Positions 1 to 9,545 of a stretch of DNA of 64,000 bases are shown one piece after another. Source of the DNA: Candidatus Poribacteria bacterium. GTDB taxonomy: Bacteria > Poribacteria > WGA-4E > PCPOR2b. The notes under the pieces are model-generated. The model worked only from the letters and a program-made list of their open reading frames with translations. It did no database searches and was not told the origin of the DNA. The translations under genes and the position numbers were made by a program. The stretch lies in the NCBI GenBank assembly GCA_965198175.1, contig OZ240245.1:672001-736000 (forward strand), written 5' to 3'. Numbering within the stretch: the stretch's first letter is position 1; each line of letters starts with the position of its first letter.

Positions 1-467
1 AATTTAATTGCCTCGCGCTTTACTAACTTCAAAGGTAGAAATTTCCCGGCAACAGGTATCTGCCAATTCACCGCCTCATTCTTCATGGCATGAGAATGGA
101 CGTTATGTGCAACCGGGTCGCTGGACGTTACATCCACTGTGGTCCCTTCAGTTACAACGAGGACATGCGGGTAATACATACAGTTGACCTGATCCATTAC
201 CGGGTTTTTGGCAAGCGGTTTGGGCTTCGCCCTTCGCGCCCGTAAATAGACAACGACGTTCTTAATTCCTTTACCTTTGGAGACGACAAGGGCTTCGGAT
301 TTACCATTTGCGAGGGCATCAATGCAGTGCTGGTCTTTGGCCGCTTTCATCGCCGGGCGCGCCGGCGCATCCCCGTCATACATAACAGTCCCGGCGATGG
401 TGCCAGCATAAGTGAGCCTTGCGATGAGTATAAAACTGAGTACGGTCAGGGTCGTTGCGGTTTTCAT
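1..467 (-). CDS. Secreted carboxypeptidase-regulatory-like/cupredoxin-like beta-sandwich protein (runs off the window edge; not in ORF track)
   Basis: ATG at 467 behind an AAAGGA-type RBS. Translates MKTATTLTVLSFILIARLTYAGTIAGTVMYDG...MDQVNCMYYPHV...SSDPVAHNVHSH, with a signal peptide and the DQxxC...HNVH pattern of proteins often found beside bc/oxidase clusters. Confidence 0.75.
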   Translation of the reverse strand, partial: MKTATTLTVLSFILIARLTYAGTIAGTVMYDGDAPARPAMKAAKDQHCIDALANGKSEALVVSKGKGIKNVVVYLRARRAKPKPLAKNPVMDQVNCMYYPHVLVVTEGTTVDVTSSDPVAHNVHSHAMKNEAVNWQIPVAGKFLPLKLVKREAIK

Positions 468-523
468 GATCTTAACCTATCCTTTCTTTGTTGGCATGCA
501 ATAATGAAACTTCTTATACATTT

Positions 524-586
524 ATGATAGCAGCACACGAAACGGAGAATCAAGAGCGAAAAAGAAGAACTCACGGATATCCGTGA
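524..586 (-). promoter_or_regulatory. sigma70-type promoter (TTGATT-18-TATCAT, extended -10 TG) with upstream 16-bp palindrome TCACGGATATCCGTGA (571-586)
   Basis: Read directly. The same palindrome and geometry recur at 6675-6738. Confidence 0.6.
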
Positions 587-599
587 TACTCGGTTTAAG

Positions 600-989
600 T
601 CAATCATGTGTCAGAGCTGGTCGGAAATTCTCTTTGATGAAATCGAGAAGTTCTCGCTGTTCTTCATGCGTTAGATAGTAGAAAAACGCCGGCATGTCAT
701 CCTTGCCGGCGTCAATGCTATGAATAAGTTTTTCGTCGCTGCGGCCTTCCCAAAAATCGGCCGTCGTCAAATTCGCGGGTTCCAACTTTTTGAACCGTCC
801 AATCCGCCCATTACCTTCACCGTTGGCACCGTGACAGCCGGCACAATATCTCGCGTAATTGTACTCAACTTTAGAGCTATATCGCGTACTTGGATCCACT
901 GCCCGACACAGCCAAATCAGCAAACTCATGCTGGCGGCAAATATCCCAACGATTATCAGTAAGTGTCGCATCATGGGCCTCAACATCAC
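600..989 (-). CDS. Membrane-anchored monoheme cytochrome c
   Basis: N-terminal hydrophobic helix, CAGCH heme motif, distal Met in MPAF. Start overlaps the stop of the upstream multiheme gene (GTGA). Confidence 0.9.
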   Translation of the reverse strand: MMLRPMMRHLLIIVGIFAASMSLLIWLCRAVDPSTRYSSKVEYNYARYCAGCHGANGEGNGRIGRFKKLEPANLTTADFWEGRSDEKLIHSIDAGKDDMPAFFYYLTHEEQRELLDFIKENFRPALTHD

Positions 990-3900
990 TCCCCCAACGA
1001 CAGGAGATAATCTCTGACCAACCGAATCTGTTGTTCGGCGTCATTGATGGCGAAACCGTCAACAGGTTGATGCACGCCGCCAATCTTCGGCCAAGCCTGA
1101 GGCATCGCTGTACCCGGTTGGAAAGATGCCGGATCTTTCATCCAGTCGATTAGCCAATCTTCCTTGAGACGACCCTTAGCAAGAGAAAGGTCGGGTCGAC
1201 CGGTCTTATCACTCCCCGCCGGGATAACCTCACCTTGCTCTGGGTGACATGATATGCATTGCAAGGAGTCAAAGATCTGTTCCCCGACTTTTAGATTTGC
1301 TTGCGTCATTGGAGTCAATGTAATGGTTTCATAAGGGAAAGGTTCGTCCGAAAGCGCTGAGAAATACTGAACAAGCGCAGTGGTATCTTCATCCGAGAAT
1401 CCAAAGGTCGGCATGCGGACATCAAGACCGTAGCGAATCGGCGTTGGATTCTTCAAGAAACTAAACAGCCAGTCCGGGTGAACCTTTGCTCCCTCCGCTC
1501 GCAGTGTCGGTGGCGCGAACTGTTTCGCTTGATTCAAATCGAGGTCTTCGCGTCGGTCAGCAATGACCTCAACGAATTCCCCACCCTTCGCTTCAATCTC
1601 GTGGCATCCTTTGCAATTGTATTCCTTGACCAACCGACGCCCGGTATCGACCCAGCGAATCCTCTCACTCGGCTGGTGGATATAACTCAGCGGGTACTTT
1701 TGGGCTTGGAAACTCTTAAGCAAAACCGCCAGTGCGCGTGCGTCTTCCTCGTCAATCGGAAACACCGGCATACGCTGGATAATGCGGCGCGTTTGATACC
1801 GCCTGGGCTGGGTGAGTTTGCCGAGTGTCCAGCCGTGCCAACTGTGTTCAATACCTATGGTATCTCCAAAATCGAATTCGTCAACGGTCTTAGATCCAAA
1901 AGCACTGAGCTCTGCACCAACCTTCGGTTCATTTTCGAAGCCGGGAATATTATGGCAACCCAAGCACCCGTAAAGCCGAACTAGTTTCTCACCTTCTTCC
2001 GAATCAATCTCCTCGACAAGATTTCCGTAAGAAGCGGTAGTAATCTTCGAAGAAGGAACCGTCGCGGATTTCAGTGCCATCAAATAGGCGACAACATTAT
2101 CGACCTCCGTATCGCTCAGACGCAGGTCTGGCATGACAGTATCAGCGTCATATGACTTCGGATCGTCAACCCACTGGCGGAGGAAATTGGGGGTAACTTT
2201 ACTGCCGACATCATCGAGCTTGGGCGCGAAATCGCTGCCCAAGCCGTCAACAGCGTGACAAGCAAGACACCCGACCGATTTGACAGTTGCCTCACCCGCA
2301 GCAACTGCTTCTGGTGATGGCGAATAGCTCGGTTCAATTTCATCAATCAAGGAGTCCGTCTGCTGTTCAAGGAAGGCTGCGATAGATTTAACGACATCGA
2401 CAACCTTATTAACTTCGTCCTCTCGGTGGGAATATTCAGTCCCATCATCTGTCCGAACAATGATCATGCCCTCCTCACTTCTGACTACGCCTTCGCGCTT
2501 CACACCGTTTTTCAGATAAACCAATTTCGTCATCTCTTCTGTCGGGAAGAAAACGGGCATCTTGGTATCAGGCAGATACGAACGCGGCTGTTTAAGCCAA
2601 TCCACGAGCCATTCTATTCCGTTCACCTTACTGCCAACTTTGGCGAGCGAAGGACCAACTTTCGCCAATTTATCTAGCGCAGGGTAGCCTTCAACGGAGT
2701 GACAGCCGTGGCAACCCAAATCTTCAAATAGCGCCATCCCTTTCGAGAGATTGGGCGCATAATCTCGTGTTTCCCCTGTTTCGGGAGGAGGGGATGGAAA
2801 ATCCAACATCATCACTTCGTTATGACAACGGCGACAGTTGGTATACAGATAACCGTGGAGATTGGATCGCTTCTCTTCCAGCTCTTTTTCAAGGCCCGCG
2901 ATTTTGTGTTCATCCGCTCGTTTGCCTTTCTTTCTTTCTCGCGACAACCGCTCTGAAAGTTCACTGGTATGCTCATCCAAGCCGAGAACAGGCGTAAGCC
3001 AAAACTCCTCATGCGTCAAAGCGTGAGCCGATTGTGCCGTAAGGGCTTGCCCTTGGCCGCCGTGACACGGGGTACAGCCAAATCTCTCTACAGGATGGTT
3101 ACCAAGAAGCACATCTCGGTGAGGATGGGTTCGCAGTACAGCGTCATAGCCGGTCTCATATTCGATTTCCACTTCCGCTCCAAAATCGACAATATCAGGG
3201 TCCTCAAAAGTAATCAAACCGTTTTCGCTCAGGATGTACTGATCGCTTTCTGCCTCCTCATCATCAATCAGAACTTTCTCGCTGCCAACTTTCACAAGTG
3301 GGTGCATCAATTGCTTAGAAGGCTTCTGCCCTTCATCGCCGCCTTCAACCTCAAATGTTTCCGTGGCGAGATGGTCATAGCCGCTTCGGTCCACCGCAAA
3401 ATGGCATGTTGCACAACGATCCGCCGTATACTCAAAGTCCTCCAGATAGTATTGAACCAGTGCTCGCGTTTTATGGAATGGACTTTCCAACAGACTTCCC
3501 CAGAAACTTCGCTTGAGGGGGGACAATGAGAAAAGCTTCTCTTCGATTTTCTCAAATTCTGCTTCTGCAATTCTATCTTTTCGTAGGGCATCGACTTGGA
3601 TACGGAGATCGTTAATTTGCGGCGGCAAGGATTCGGATCTGGGGTCGTATTTCTGGACGAGTAATAACTGACTCAATGCCTCTTCCATGTGTCCGCTGGC
3701 TTCATAAAATGATGCAGAATCGCGATAGGCATCAGCTAGTGCCTGTTCAGCGGCGACCATATCTTGTGTTAGTTTGCCCTCAATTTGTCTGTCAAATTCG
3801 TCTAGTCGCTTTTTCCATTTGTCAACCTCTGGATCGCTCTTATCTCCTGTCTCATGTTTCGCTTTCGCATGATGCAAAGCAATTTGATATTTGTAGTTAA

Positions 3901-4240
3901 TTGCGTCCGCCTCGCTCTGAAGAAACTTGCGTTCTTGCAAAGCTTCGTCAAGATTTATTGTTGCATCGCTGATATTCTGTTCAAGTTTGTTCAAGCGCTT
4001 AGAGTCAAGGGGCTTTGAAGTTTCTATTTCTGGCAGATCCTGTTTAGCTCCTTCAAGTGCAATTTTCGTCTTTTCGTATTCATATTGATAGAACCGTTGC
4101 TGAATCGCTTTCCACGGTCGCCTAGTAATCGCTTCATTCCAGAAGCCCCACAGAGTCACAAACCCTAATAGAGCGGAAAGGATAAAAAATAAAGCTGCAT
4201 ACGATTTTTCTTCGACAGGGAATTCCTTTTTGCGTCTCAC
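986..4240 (-). CDS. Membrane-anchored octaheme cytochrome c of a Rieske/cyt b complex
   Basis: Eight CxxCH motifs (CATCH, CTPCH, CRRCH, CHGCH, CLACH, CLGCH, CKGCH, CISCH), N-terminal TM helix and coiled coil, repeated class I c-type units ending in MP. Confidence 0.9.
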   Translation of the reverse strand: MRRKKEFPVEEKSYAALFFILSALLGFVTLWGFWNEAITRRPWKAIQQRFYQYEYEKTKIALEGAKQDLPEIETSKPLDSKRLNKLEQNISDATINLDEALQERKFLQSEADAINYKYQIALHHAKAKHETGDKSDPEVDKWKKRLDEFDRQIEGKLTQDMVAAEQALADAYRDSASFYEASGHMEEALSQLLLVQKYDPRSESLPPQINDLRIQVDALRKDRIAEAEFEKIEEKLFSLSPLKRSFWGSLLESPFHKTRALVQYYLEDFEYTADRCATCHFAVDRSGYDHLATETFEVEGGDEGQKPSKQLMHPLVKVGSEKVLIDDEEAESDQYILSENGLITFEDPDIVDFGAEVEIEYETGYDAVLRTHPHRDVLLGNHPVERFGCTPCHGGQGQALTAQSAHALTHEEFWLTPVLGLDEHTSELSERLSRERKKGKRADEHKIAGLEKELEEKRSNLHGYLYTNCRRCHNEVMMLDFPSPPPETGETRDYAPNLSKGMALFEDLGCHGCHSVEGYPALDKLAKVGPSLAKVGSKVNGIEWLVDWLKQPRSYLPDTKMPVFFPTEEMTKLVYLKNGVKREGVVRSEEGMIIVRTDDGTEYSHREDEVNKVVDVVKSIAAFLEQQTDSLIDEIEPSYSPSPEAVAAGEATVKSVGCLACHAVDGLGSDFAPKLDDVGSKVTPNFLRQWVDDPKSYDADTVMPDLRLSDTEVDNVVAYLMALKSATVPSSKITTASYGNLVEEIDSEEGEKLVRLYGCLGCHNIPGFENEPKVGAELSAFGSKTVDEFDFGDTIGIEHSWHGWTLGKLTQPRRYQTRRIIQRMPVFPIDEEDARALAVLLKSFQAQKYPLSYIHQPSERIRWVDTGRRLVKEYNCKGCHEIEAKGGEFVEVIADRREDLDLNQAKQFAPPTLRAEGAKVHPDWLFSFLKNPTPIRYGLDVRMPTFGFSDEDTTALVQYFSALSDEPFPYETITLTPMTQANLKVGEQIFDSLQCISCHPEQGEVIPAGSDKTGRPDLSLAKGRLKEDWLIDWMKDPASFQPGTAMPQAWPKIGGVHQPVDGFAINDAEQQIRLVRDYLLSLGE

Positions 4241-4341
4241 GAACCAGTTGACCTCCTTATCCTAATTCGATATTAGGCGCGGGGCACAAAATTATCTAAA
4301 CAATTATGTAATTCCTAGCACCTAGGACCCGGAGCCCGATC

Positions 4342-5208
4342 CTAGATATTGAACCATGGAGAAACCCAGATATATTTTATATTCCAAACCCAGCGGAGAA
4401 TCATTTTAATCGGTAATGCCATCATGGTCAGAAACAAAAATGAGACAACAATATACCGTATCAATCCGAGTTCCTGTAGGAATCGACTTGTCCTTCTCTT
4501 CCAGAAGTAAAGGAGCGGACCCAGTGAAAAGTAGCCCGCGACAACAATGAATCCGAAGATGTTAGCCGTTCGGTCACCTCGGATGCCAATTTTATAGGAC
4601 AGGTTGACGTTGGTTAGCGGTACAACTTTGTGCGGGTCCCATTCTGTCCACGGTGCGAAAAAGTTCCAACCGGGACCCCTCAGGAAAGTACCGACAACCA
4701 TCATGACAATCCACAGCATAAAAAATCCGAAACAGAAGGTAGCAATCGCAAACGGTCGTTCTTTAAGCGTATAGTATCCCTTACCTTTGGGGTTGATATC
4801 TATATATGGAATAGCGATGAGGCCAGCGATAATCAAGCCTGGCAGCACCACCCCCGCGATCCATGGATCGTAATACACTAACATCTCTTGCAGTGCCAGA
4901 AAATACCAGGGAGCTTTGGAAGGATTTGGGGTCTTTGCCGGATCGCTCTGCTCCTCCAGCGGCGCGTCCAGCGTAATCGACCATACACCGAGAATCAACA
5001 TCACAATCATTGCGCAGATAAATTCAGTTCGACAAAGGTAAGGCCAAACGTAGACCTTATCTTTAAGCGCCGCTTCAGCGGGTGTTCCGGCTCGGTCGTT
5101 CCTGCGTCCCTGGCTAAATGCAAGCCATGTAAAAAATGGCAGGAGGAATATAATCGCAACAATTGGAACGTTATCAGGCTTACTAACAAGCACAAGGAAA
5201 TGTTCCAT
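4342..5208 (-). CDS. Cytochrome b6f subunit IV-like protein (cyt b C-terminal half)
   Basis: TPNPSKAPWYFL corresponds to the PEWY Qo-site loop. Multiple TM helices; directly downstream of cyt b6. Confidence 0.85.
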   Translation of the reverse strand: MEHFLVLVSKPDNVPIVAIIFLLPFFTWLAFSQGRRNDRAGTPAEAALKDKVYVWPYLCRTEFICAMIVMLILGVWSITLDAPLEEQSDPAKTPNPSKAPWYFLALQEMLVYYDPWIAGVVLPGLIIAGLIAIPYIDINPKGKGYYTLKERPFAIATFCFGFFMLWIVMMVVGTFLRGPGWNFFAPWTEWDPHKVVPLTNVNLSYKIGIRGDRTANIFGFIVVAGYFSLGPLLYFWKRRTSRFLQELGLIRYIVVSFLFLTMMALPIKMILRWVWNIKYIWVSPWFNI

Positions 5209-5254
5209 AGCCTTTACCTCTCTACATTACGACTGGATTGAGACAGGTGGATTA

Positions 5255-6025
5255 TTACAGAGGACCGGAAATACCGCCATCTTTGCGGACACGCCAAAAA
5301 TGCAGAGCCATCAGCACGCTGGCTAAAATCGGGACAGCCACACAGTGTAAAATATAAAACCGCAATAACGTCGGATCGCTTACCATCGTCCCACCGAGGA
5401 GAGCGAAGCGAACATCATTGGACTGCGTGATAGCTTGCGGAACGAACGGTCCCTCGTGTCCCAGGACCGGTGTAGCGCGCGCCATATTCGTGCCGACTGT
5501 TACTGCCCATAGTGCGAGCTGATCCCAAGGCAGCAAATAACCGGTAAAGCTGAGAAAGAGCGTGACAACCAGCAGGATAACGCCAACCGCCCAATTAAAT
5601 TCACGCGGTTTTTTGTAAGACCCTGTTAGGAAAACGCGGAACATGTGAAGCATCACGGCGATAACCATACCGTGTGCCGCCCAGCGGTGCATATTCCGAA
5701 GCAGCATCCCGAATGGAATATCGAATTCGAGGTACTGGAGGTCTCGATATGCATATTCACCTGTGGGGCGATAGTAAAACATGAGTAATACACCCGTCAC
5801 TGCGGTGACAAGGAACATCAAGAAGGTAATTCCGCCCATGCACCATGTAAATCGAAAGTTGATTCCATGTCGCGGCACACGAGGCGGATGCAAATGTAGC
5901 CAGACATTCTGGAGAATTTGGAGGGTATATCGCCTCCCAGTTTTTTCGTAGCCGTGGCGAAACATGGAACGCCAAATCTGGGAATTTGTTATCTTTTCCT
6001 TAAGTCCGTTACGTCTTTCTTCCAT
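5255..6025 (-). CDS. petB: Cytochrome b6-like subunit
   Basis: WCMGG (heme ci Cys position), RNMHRW, MLHMFRVF, FTGYLLPWDQ and YILH...ALH heme-ligand motifs. Confidence 0.92.
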   Translation of the reverse strand: MEERRNGLKEKITNSQIWRSMFRHGYEKTGRRYTLQILQNVWLHLHPPRVPRHGINFRFTWCMGGITFLMFLVTAVTGVLLMFYYRPTGEYAYRDLQYLEFDIPFGMLLRNMHRWAAHGMVIAVMLHMFRVFLTGSYKKPREFNWAVGVILLVVTLFLSFTGYLLPWDQLALWAVTVGTNMARATPVLGHEGPFVPQAITQSNDVRFALLGGTMVSDPTLLRFYILHCVAVPILASVLMALHFWRVRKDGGISGPL

Positions 6026-6143
6026 AAGAAATTAGCAGCAACTGCCTGAACAGGATTTCACCACAGTCCTGCCTGGCGAAACTGGATAACCCCTTTCTTT
6101 AATCAAATATAATCTCAATAATCTCGCAGTTCAACAAATTCAA

Positions 6144-6641
6144 CTAAGCTTTTAAAGAAGCCTCTGGATTGCCCCACTGACCCTTCTCATATAGGAATTT
6201 GATGGACTTGTCAATGAGCAGTTGCCCATCCTCCGCTAACGTAATCTTCACACGTTCTAGTGGACGCGGAGCTGGTCCTTCATAGTTGATACCTTCACGG
6301 TCAAAACCGCTCCCATGACAGGGGCACTTAAACTTATTCTCTGACCCGAACCATCGCGGCGTACAGCCAAGATGAGTGCAAATTGCTAACAACGCATAAA
6401 ATTCGCCATCTTCTTTTCTAGCAATCCAAACCCCATACGGAGTTATTTTCCACCTCTCGCTCACTGTTCCAGGAGGATATTCAGCGGGAAATCCCGCCTT
6501 AAAGACAGACGAAGGCTCGAAAAGGACGCGCGGATATAAATATCTAACTAATCCGGGACCGAAGGCAAAACCTAAAGCAGCAGTAAAAATCGCCCAGCCT
6601 GACGATTGAAAAAACTGGCGTCGAGATAACACTTTTGCCAC
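6144..6641 (-). CDS. petC: Rieske 2Fe-2S subunit
   Basis: Tat motif SRRQFF, CTHLGC and CPCHGS boxes, GPAPRPL. Confidence 0.93.
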   Translation of the reverse strand: MAKVLSRRQFFQSSGWAIFTAALGFAFGPGLVRYLYPRVLFEPSSVFKAGFPAEYPPGTVSERWKITPYGVWIARKEDGEFYALLAICTHLGCTPRWFGSENKFKCPCHGSGFDREGINYEGPAPRPLERVKITLAEDGQLLIDKSIKFLYEKGQWGNPEASLKA

Positions 6642-6674
6642 CTCACACTTTCGAAGATTGAATTAACCGCGCGT

Positions 6675-6738
6675 ATTATAGCATTCCCAAAAATAGAGAT
6701 CAACGTTAAAATAAATCAAGTCACGGATATCCGTGACT
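6675..6738 (-). promoter_or_regulatory. sigma70 promoter (TTGATC-17-TATAAT, extended -10) plus 20-bp perfect palindrome AGTCACGGATATCCGTGACT (6719-6738)
   Basis: Read directly upstream of the Rieske gene. Confidence 0.7.
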
Positions 6739-6949
6739 CTTCTCACGCTGCGTCGCCGAGTTTGTTCCCTGAGATGGTGTGCGCGACTATGTAGCGAGGT
6801 TCAGTCCAATTCAATCAGGACATCCATTCGTGATTTGGTTTGTTTGTCCGTAAATCTACGGAATCTTGGAATTGCCAGAGGTTTTTCAGAGTTGACAAAC
6901 CCTTCCTCAAAAGATTAACCATAGAAGACGAACTGTACCACGCAGGCAT

Positions 6950-6983
6950 AAAAAAATCCCAAGCGCAGCGCTTGGGATTTCTT
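6950..6983 (-). terminator. Rho-independent terminator
   Basis: AAATCCCAAGCG-CAG-CGCTTGGGATTT stem followed by a T-run on the minus strand, just after the 7010 stop. Confidence 0.8.
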
Positions 6984-7009
6984 GGCACAATCATTTGATG
7001 AGCCGGCTA

Positions 7010-8164
7010 TCATTTTGACGCTGATCGGTAGGCTGTTGCGAGGGCTAATACCGAATACGAGGTTACCAGTACGGGATCGCGTTCCCACCATCGGGCTTCC
7101 GTGTTCTGCCAATATCCCTGGGATTGCTCCTCGGGGGAATCCGTCTCTAAAACAATCTGATCAGAGATAAGCTTTTCGGCGAGCTCTCTATACCAATCAT
7201 GAGAAATACCCTTAGCATCTACAATGACTGCTTCATCGTAGATCTTGAGCGCCTTTGCCATTGTATGGTAATTATAGTAGAGTCCTTGTTTACCCATACC
7301 ATAGTTTTCTTCAACTGTGAAATGCTTCTTTATCCAACCGACAGAAGACTGCACACGCGGATCGTTTTTTTCAACGTTGGCATAGATAAAACTCAACAAC
7401 CCCGCGTACGTCATGCTCGCATAAGATTTGTTGCCCCCAGCTTTACTCTCTCCATCAGGGGCATAGATAAAACCACCGTCGTTCCCAGCCCAATTCTGAT
7501 CGTTGGTTTCACTGTTATTTTGGCATCTTTCGAGAAACTTGATCGCTTTGTCCCATACAGCCTGATCTTCAACACCGCTCTCTTTTAGGGATTGGAGCGC
7601 AAAGTTCAAATTGGAGAGATCGTGGACAGTCTCGCGACTCCCATAACCGATACCACCATAATACACACTTTCCGTATCCTGAACTTGAAGCCCCTTGATG
7701 AAGTTCTGCGCTTTTTCAATTGCTTCTTTGTATTTGGGATTGTTCGTATCAGATAGCGCTAGTAACGCGATAGAGGTGTTGTAGTTCGGTAACGCGGGCT
7801 GTTTATCTACGTCATAAATCCCGCCATTTGGTTGCTGCAATTTGAGTAAAGTCTCAATCGATTTTTGGATAAAGGGATGGTCAGCTTCCTTAAACCTGTT
7901 TTCCGGGTGTCGTAGGAATGCTGATATTGCCAGAGCGGTTAACCCGGGGTGATCACGAAAGAACCCGTCATCTCCTTGCTGCAGTTTCAACCAATTAAGT
8001 CCCCGATCAACCGCTTCCAGCACTTGCTGGTTCAACTCATCGTAATCTGAAGCATCGGCAGCTTGACCGGTGCCATAAAAGGGTTGGCTGATGAAAATGA
8101 TAAGTCCCATTACAATAGTTGCTTGTTTTTTTCGATTCTTCGATGTCATTTGTACAACCTCCAT
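7010..8164 (-). CDS. Secreted prenyltransferase/squalene-oxidase-repeat (alpha/alpha toroid) protein
   Basis: Signal peptide and repeated QW-like units (WLKLQQGDDG, LQQPNGG, ERCQN..DGGF, DQ...GYW). Confidence 0.8.
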   Translation of the reverse strand: MEVVQMTSKNRKKQATIVMGLIIFISQPFYGTGQAADASDYDELNQQVLEAVDRGLNWLKLQQGDDGFFRDHPGLTALAISAFLRHPENRFKEADHPFIQKSIETLLKLQQPNGGIYDVDKQPALPNYNTSIALLALSDTNNPKYKEAIEKAQNFIKGLQVQDTESVYYGGIGYGSRETVHDLSNLNFALQSLKESGVEDQAVWDKAIKFLERCQNNSETNDQNWAGNDGGFIYAPDGESKAGGNKSYASMTYAGLLSFIYANVEKNDPRVQSSVGWIKKHFTVEENYGMGKQGLYYNYHTMAKALKIYDEAVIVDAKGISHDWYRELAEKLISDQIVLETDSPEEQSQGYWQNTEARWWERDPVLVTSYSVLALATAYRSASK

Positions 8165-8342
8165 TACCTTTTTGACTGAGATTAAGATTGTGATTCGCCA
8201 GATTCGCTTTATTTATCAGACTGGTTTGCACCTCATGAGTTCCACTCTTGAAATCGGACGACAGACAGAGAAAAAATCCACGACAGAATTATGCGACATT
8301 ATATCTCTAAAAGGGAGCCGTATGCTTCTCTGAATTTAGTGT

Positions 8343-8446
8343 AGCAAGTATGATGCCAGTTTGAAATGCTTTAAAATAAGGCGGTAAGGGGAAAGTTGCT
8401 TGACAAACTGTCCAATAAATGAACAGGATTGTCCACAAACTGAGCA
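8343..8446 (-). promoter_or_regulatory. sigma54 (-24/-12) promoter with tandem candidate enhancer-binding-protein sites
   Basis: Minus strand TGGCAT-CATAC-TTGCT at 8358-8343. Two 17-bp imperfect palindromes at 8409-8425 and 8430-8446. Confidence 0.65.
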
Positions 8447-8513
8447 ATCTTAACTAGCTGGGTTGATTTGCATATTTGGAAGGCTGAACCTAGTGGAACT
8501 ACCTTATTTAAGG

Positions 8514-9545
8514 TTAGTCAATCTGCACAACTTCACCCGTTTCTGCGGAGCGCATCGCGGCGTCATAAATAACCATTGTACGTTTGACCTCCTCCGGTTT
8601 AACGATGAGTTCAACCCCCTTGTTCAGAACATCCGAGATGTTTTGATAATACGACTTCCAGGAACCTCTTACAGTCTCTACTACCATCTCTCGATGTTTG
8701 CCGCGGGCTTCGGTCCAGACTTTTGCATAGTTGGCAGCATCCTCCTCTGCAGCGTCAATATTTCCCGCCAGCATTGACGCTTGTTGTGGATCTGAACCGT
8801 ACTTCATCAATCCGCCCCGATCTCCGAGGATGTACCAGTGAGGCTTCTCGACCTTCGCCAAGTTGCTTATCTCTATTTGATAGCGAACGCCATTTTCAAA
8901 CTTCATGAGGAGATTGGCGTAGTTGCCGATGTCCGTATCCCGCCGTGCGTCGTAATGAATATCACAGAAAACGGTCATCACAGGTGCGGGGACCAGTTGG
9001 AGAGCCTGATCTACTATGTGAGCAGGCCAATCAAACAGAATCCCCCCACTCTGTTCCTTCACACCACGCCAACCCCGCGGCGCGTCATATTTCATGATGC
9101 TGACCTGAAATAGGTAGGAATTTCCAAGCAAGCCGTCCGCTATGATTTTTTTGACCGTCAGGTAGTCCCAATCCCAACGGCGATTGTGAAAAACGCTCAG
9201 CAAGACGTTGTTTCGCCGACTCGCTTCAATCATCGTATCGGCTTCTGCGACATTCATGCACATAATCTTGTCTGTGACCACGTGCTTGCCAGCGTCCATC
9301 GCCTGAATCGCAAGTGCGGCATGCGTGTTATGGGGAGTTGCAAGAACGACGAGGTCCACGGCATCATCCGCAATGACCTGATCAATAGTTTCATATATCT
9401 TCACGTGATCGTGAACCGCAGATTGACGTCGTTCAGCATTCCGCGAAGCAATGGCATAGAGGTTCAACCCGTTTGCCAAACCGATGAGGTAAGCGTGAAA
9501 ACCTCGACCGGCGTAACCGTATCCAATAATTGCGGTGTTGATCAT
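8514..9545 (-). CDS. Gfo/Idh/MocA oxidoreductase (scyllo-inositol dehydrogenase-like)
   Basis: IIGYGYAG Rossmann motif, GKHVVTDK, FHNRRWD, GGILFD. Confidence 0.9.
   Translation of the reverse strand: MINTAIIGYGYAGRGFHAYLIGLANGLNLYAIASRNAERRQSAVHDHVKIYETIDQVIADDAVDLVVLATPHNTHAALAIQAMDAGKHVVTDKIMCMNVAEADTMIEASRRNNVLLSVFHNRRWDWDYLTVKKIIADGLLGNSYLFQVSIMKYDAPRGWRGVKEQSGGILFDWPAHIVDQALQLVPAPVMTVFCDIHYDARRDTDIGNYANLLMKFENGVRYQIEISNLAKVEKPHWYILGDRGGLMKYGSDPQQASMLAGNIDAAEEDAANYAKVWTEARGKHREMVVETVRGSWKSYYQNISDVLNKGVELIVKPEEVKRTMVIYDAAMRSAETGEVVQID

Noticed and set aside
986..6641. Evidence for anammox or nitrification metabolism
   Set aside because: No hydrazine synthase, HAO-type or Nxr genes in the window. 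The bc architecture alone is not diagnostic.
6719..6738. Palindrome as a canonical CRP/FNR box
   Set aside because: Half-site orientation and spacing (TCAC-N8-GTGA) do not match TGTGA-N6-TCACA or TTGAT-N4-ATCAA.
7010..8164. Squalene-hopene cyclase
   Set aside because: About half the expected length, secreted, and no DxDD motif seen.
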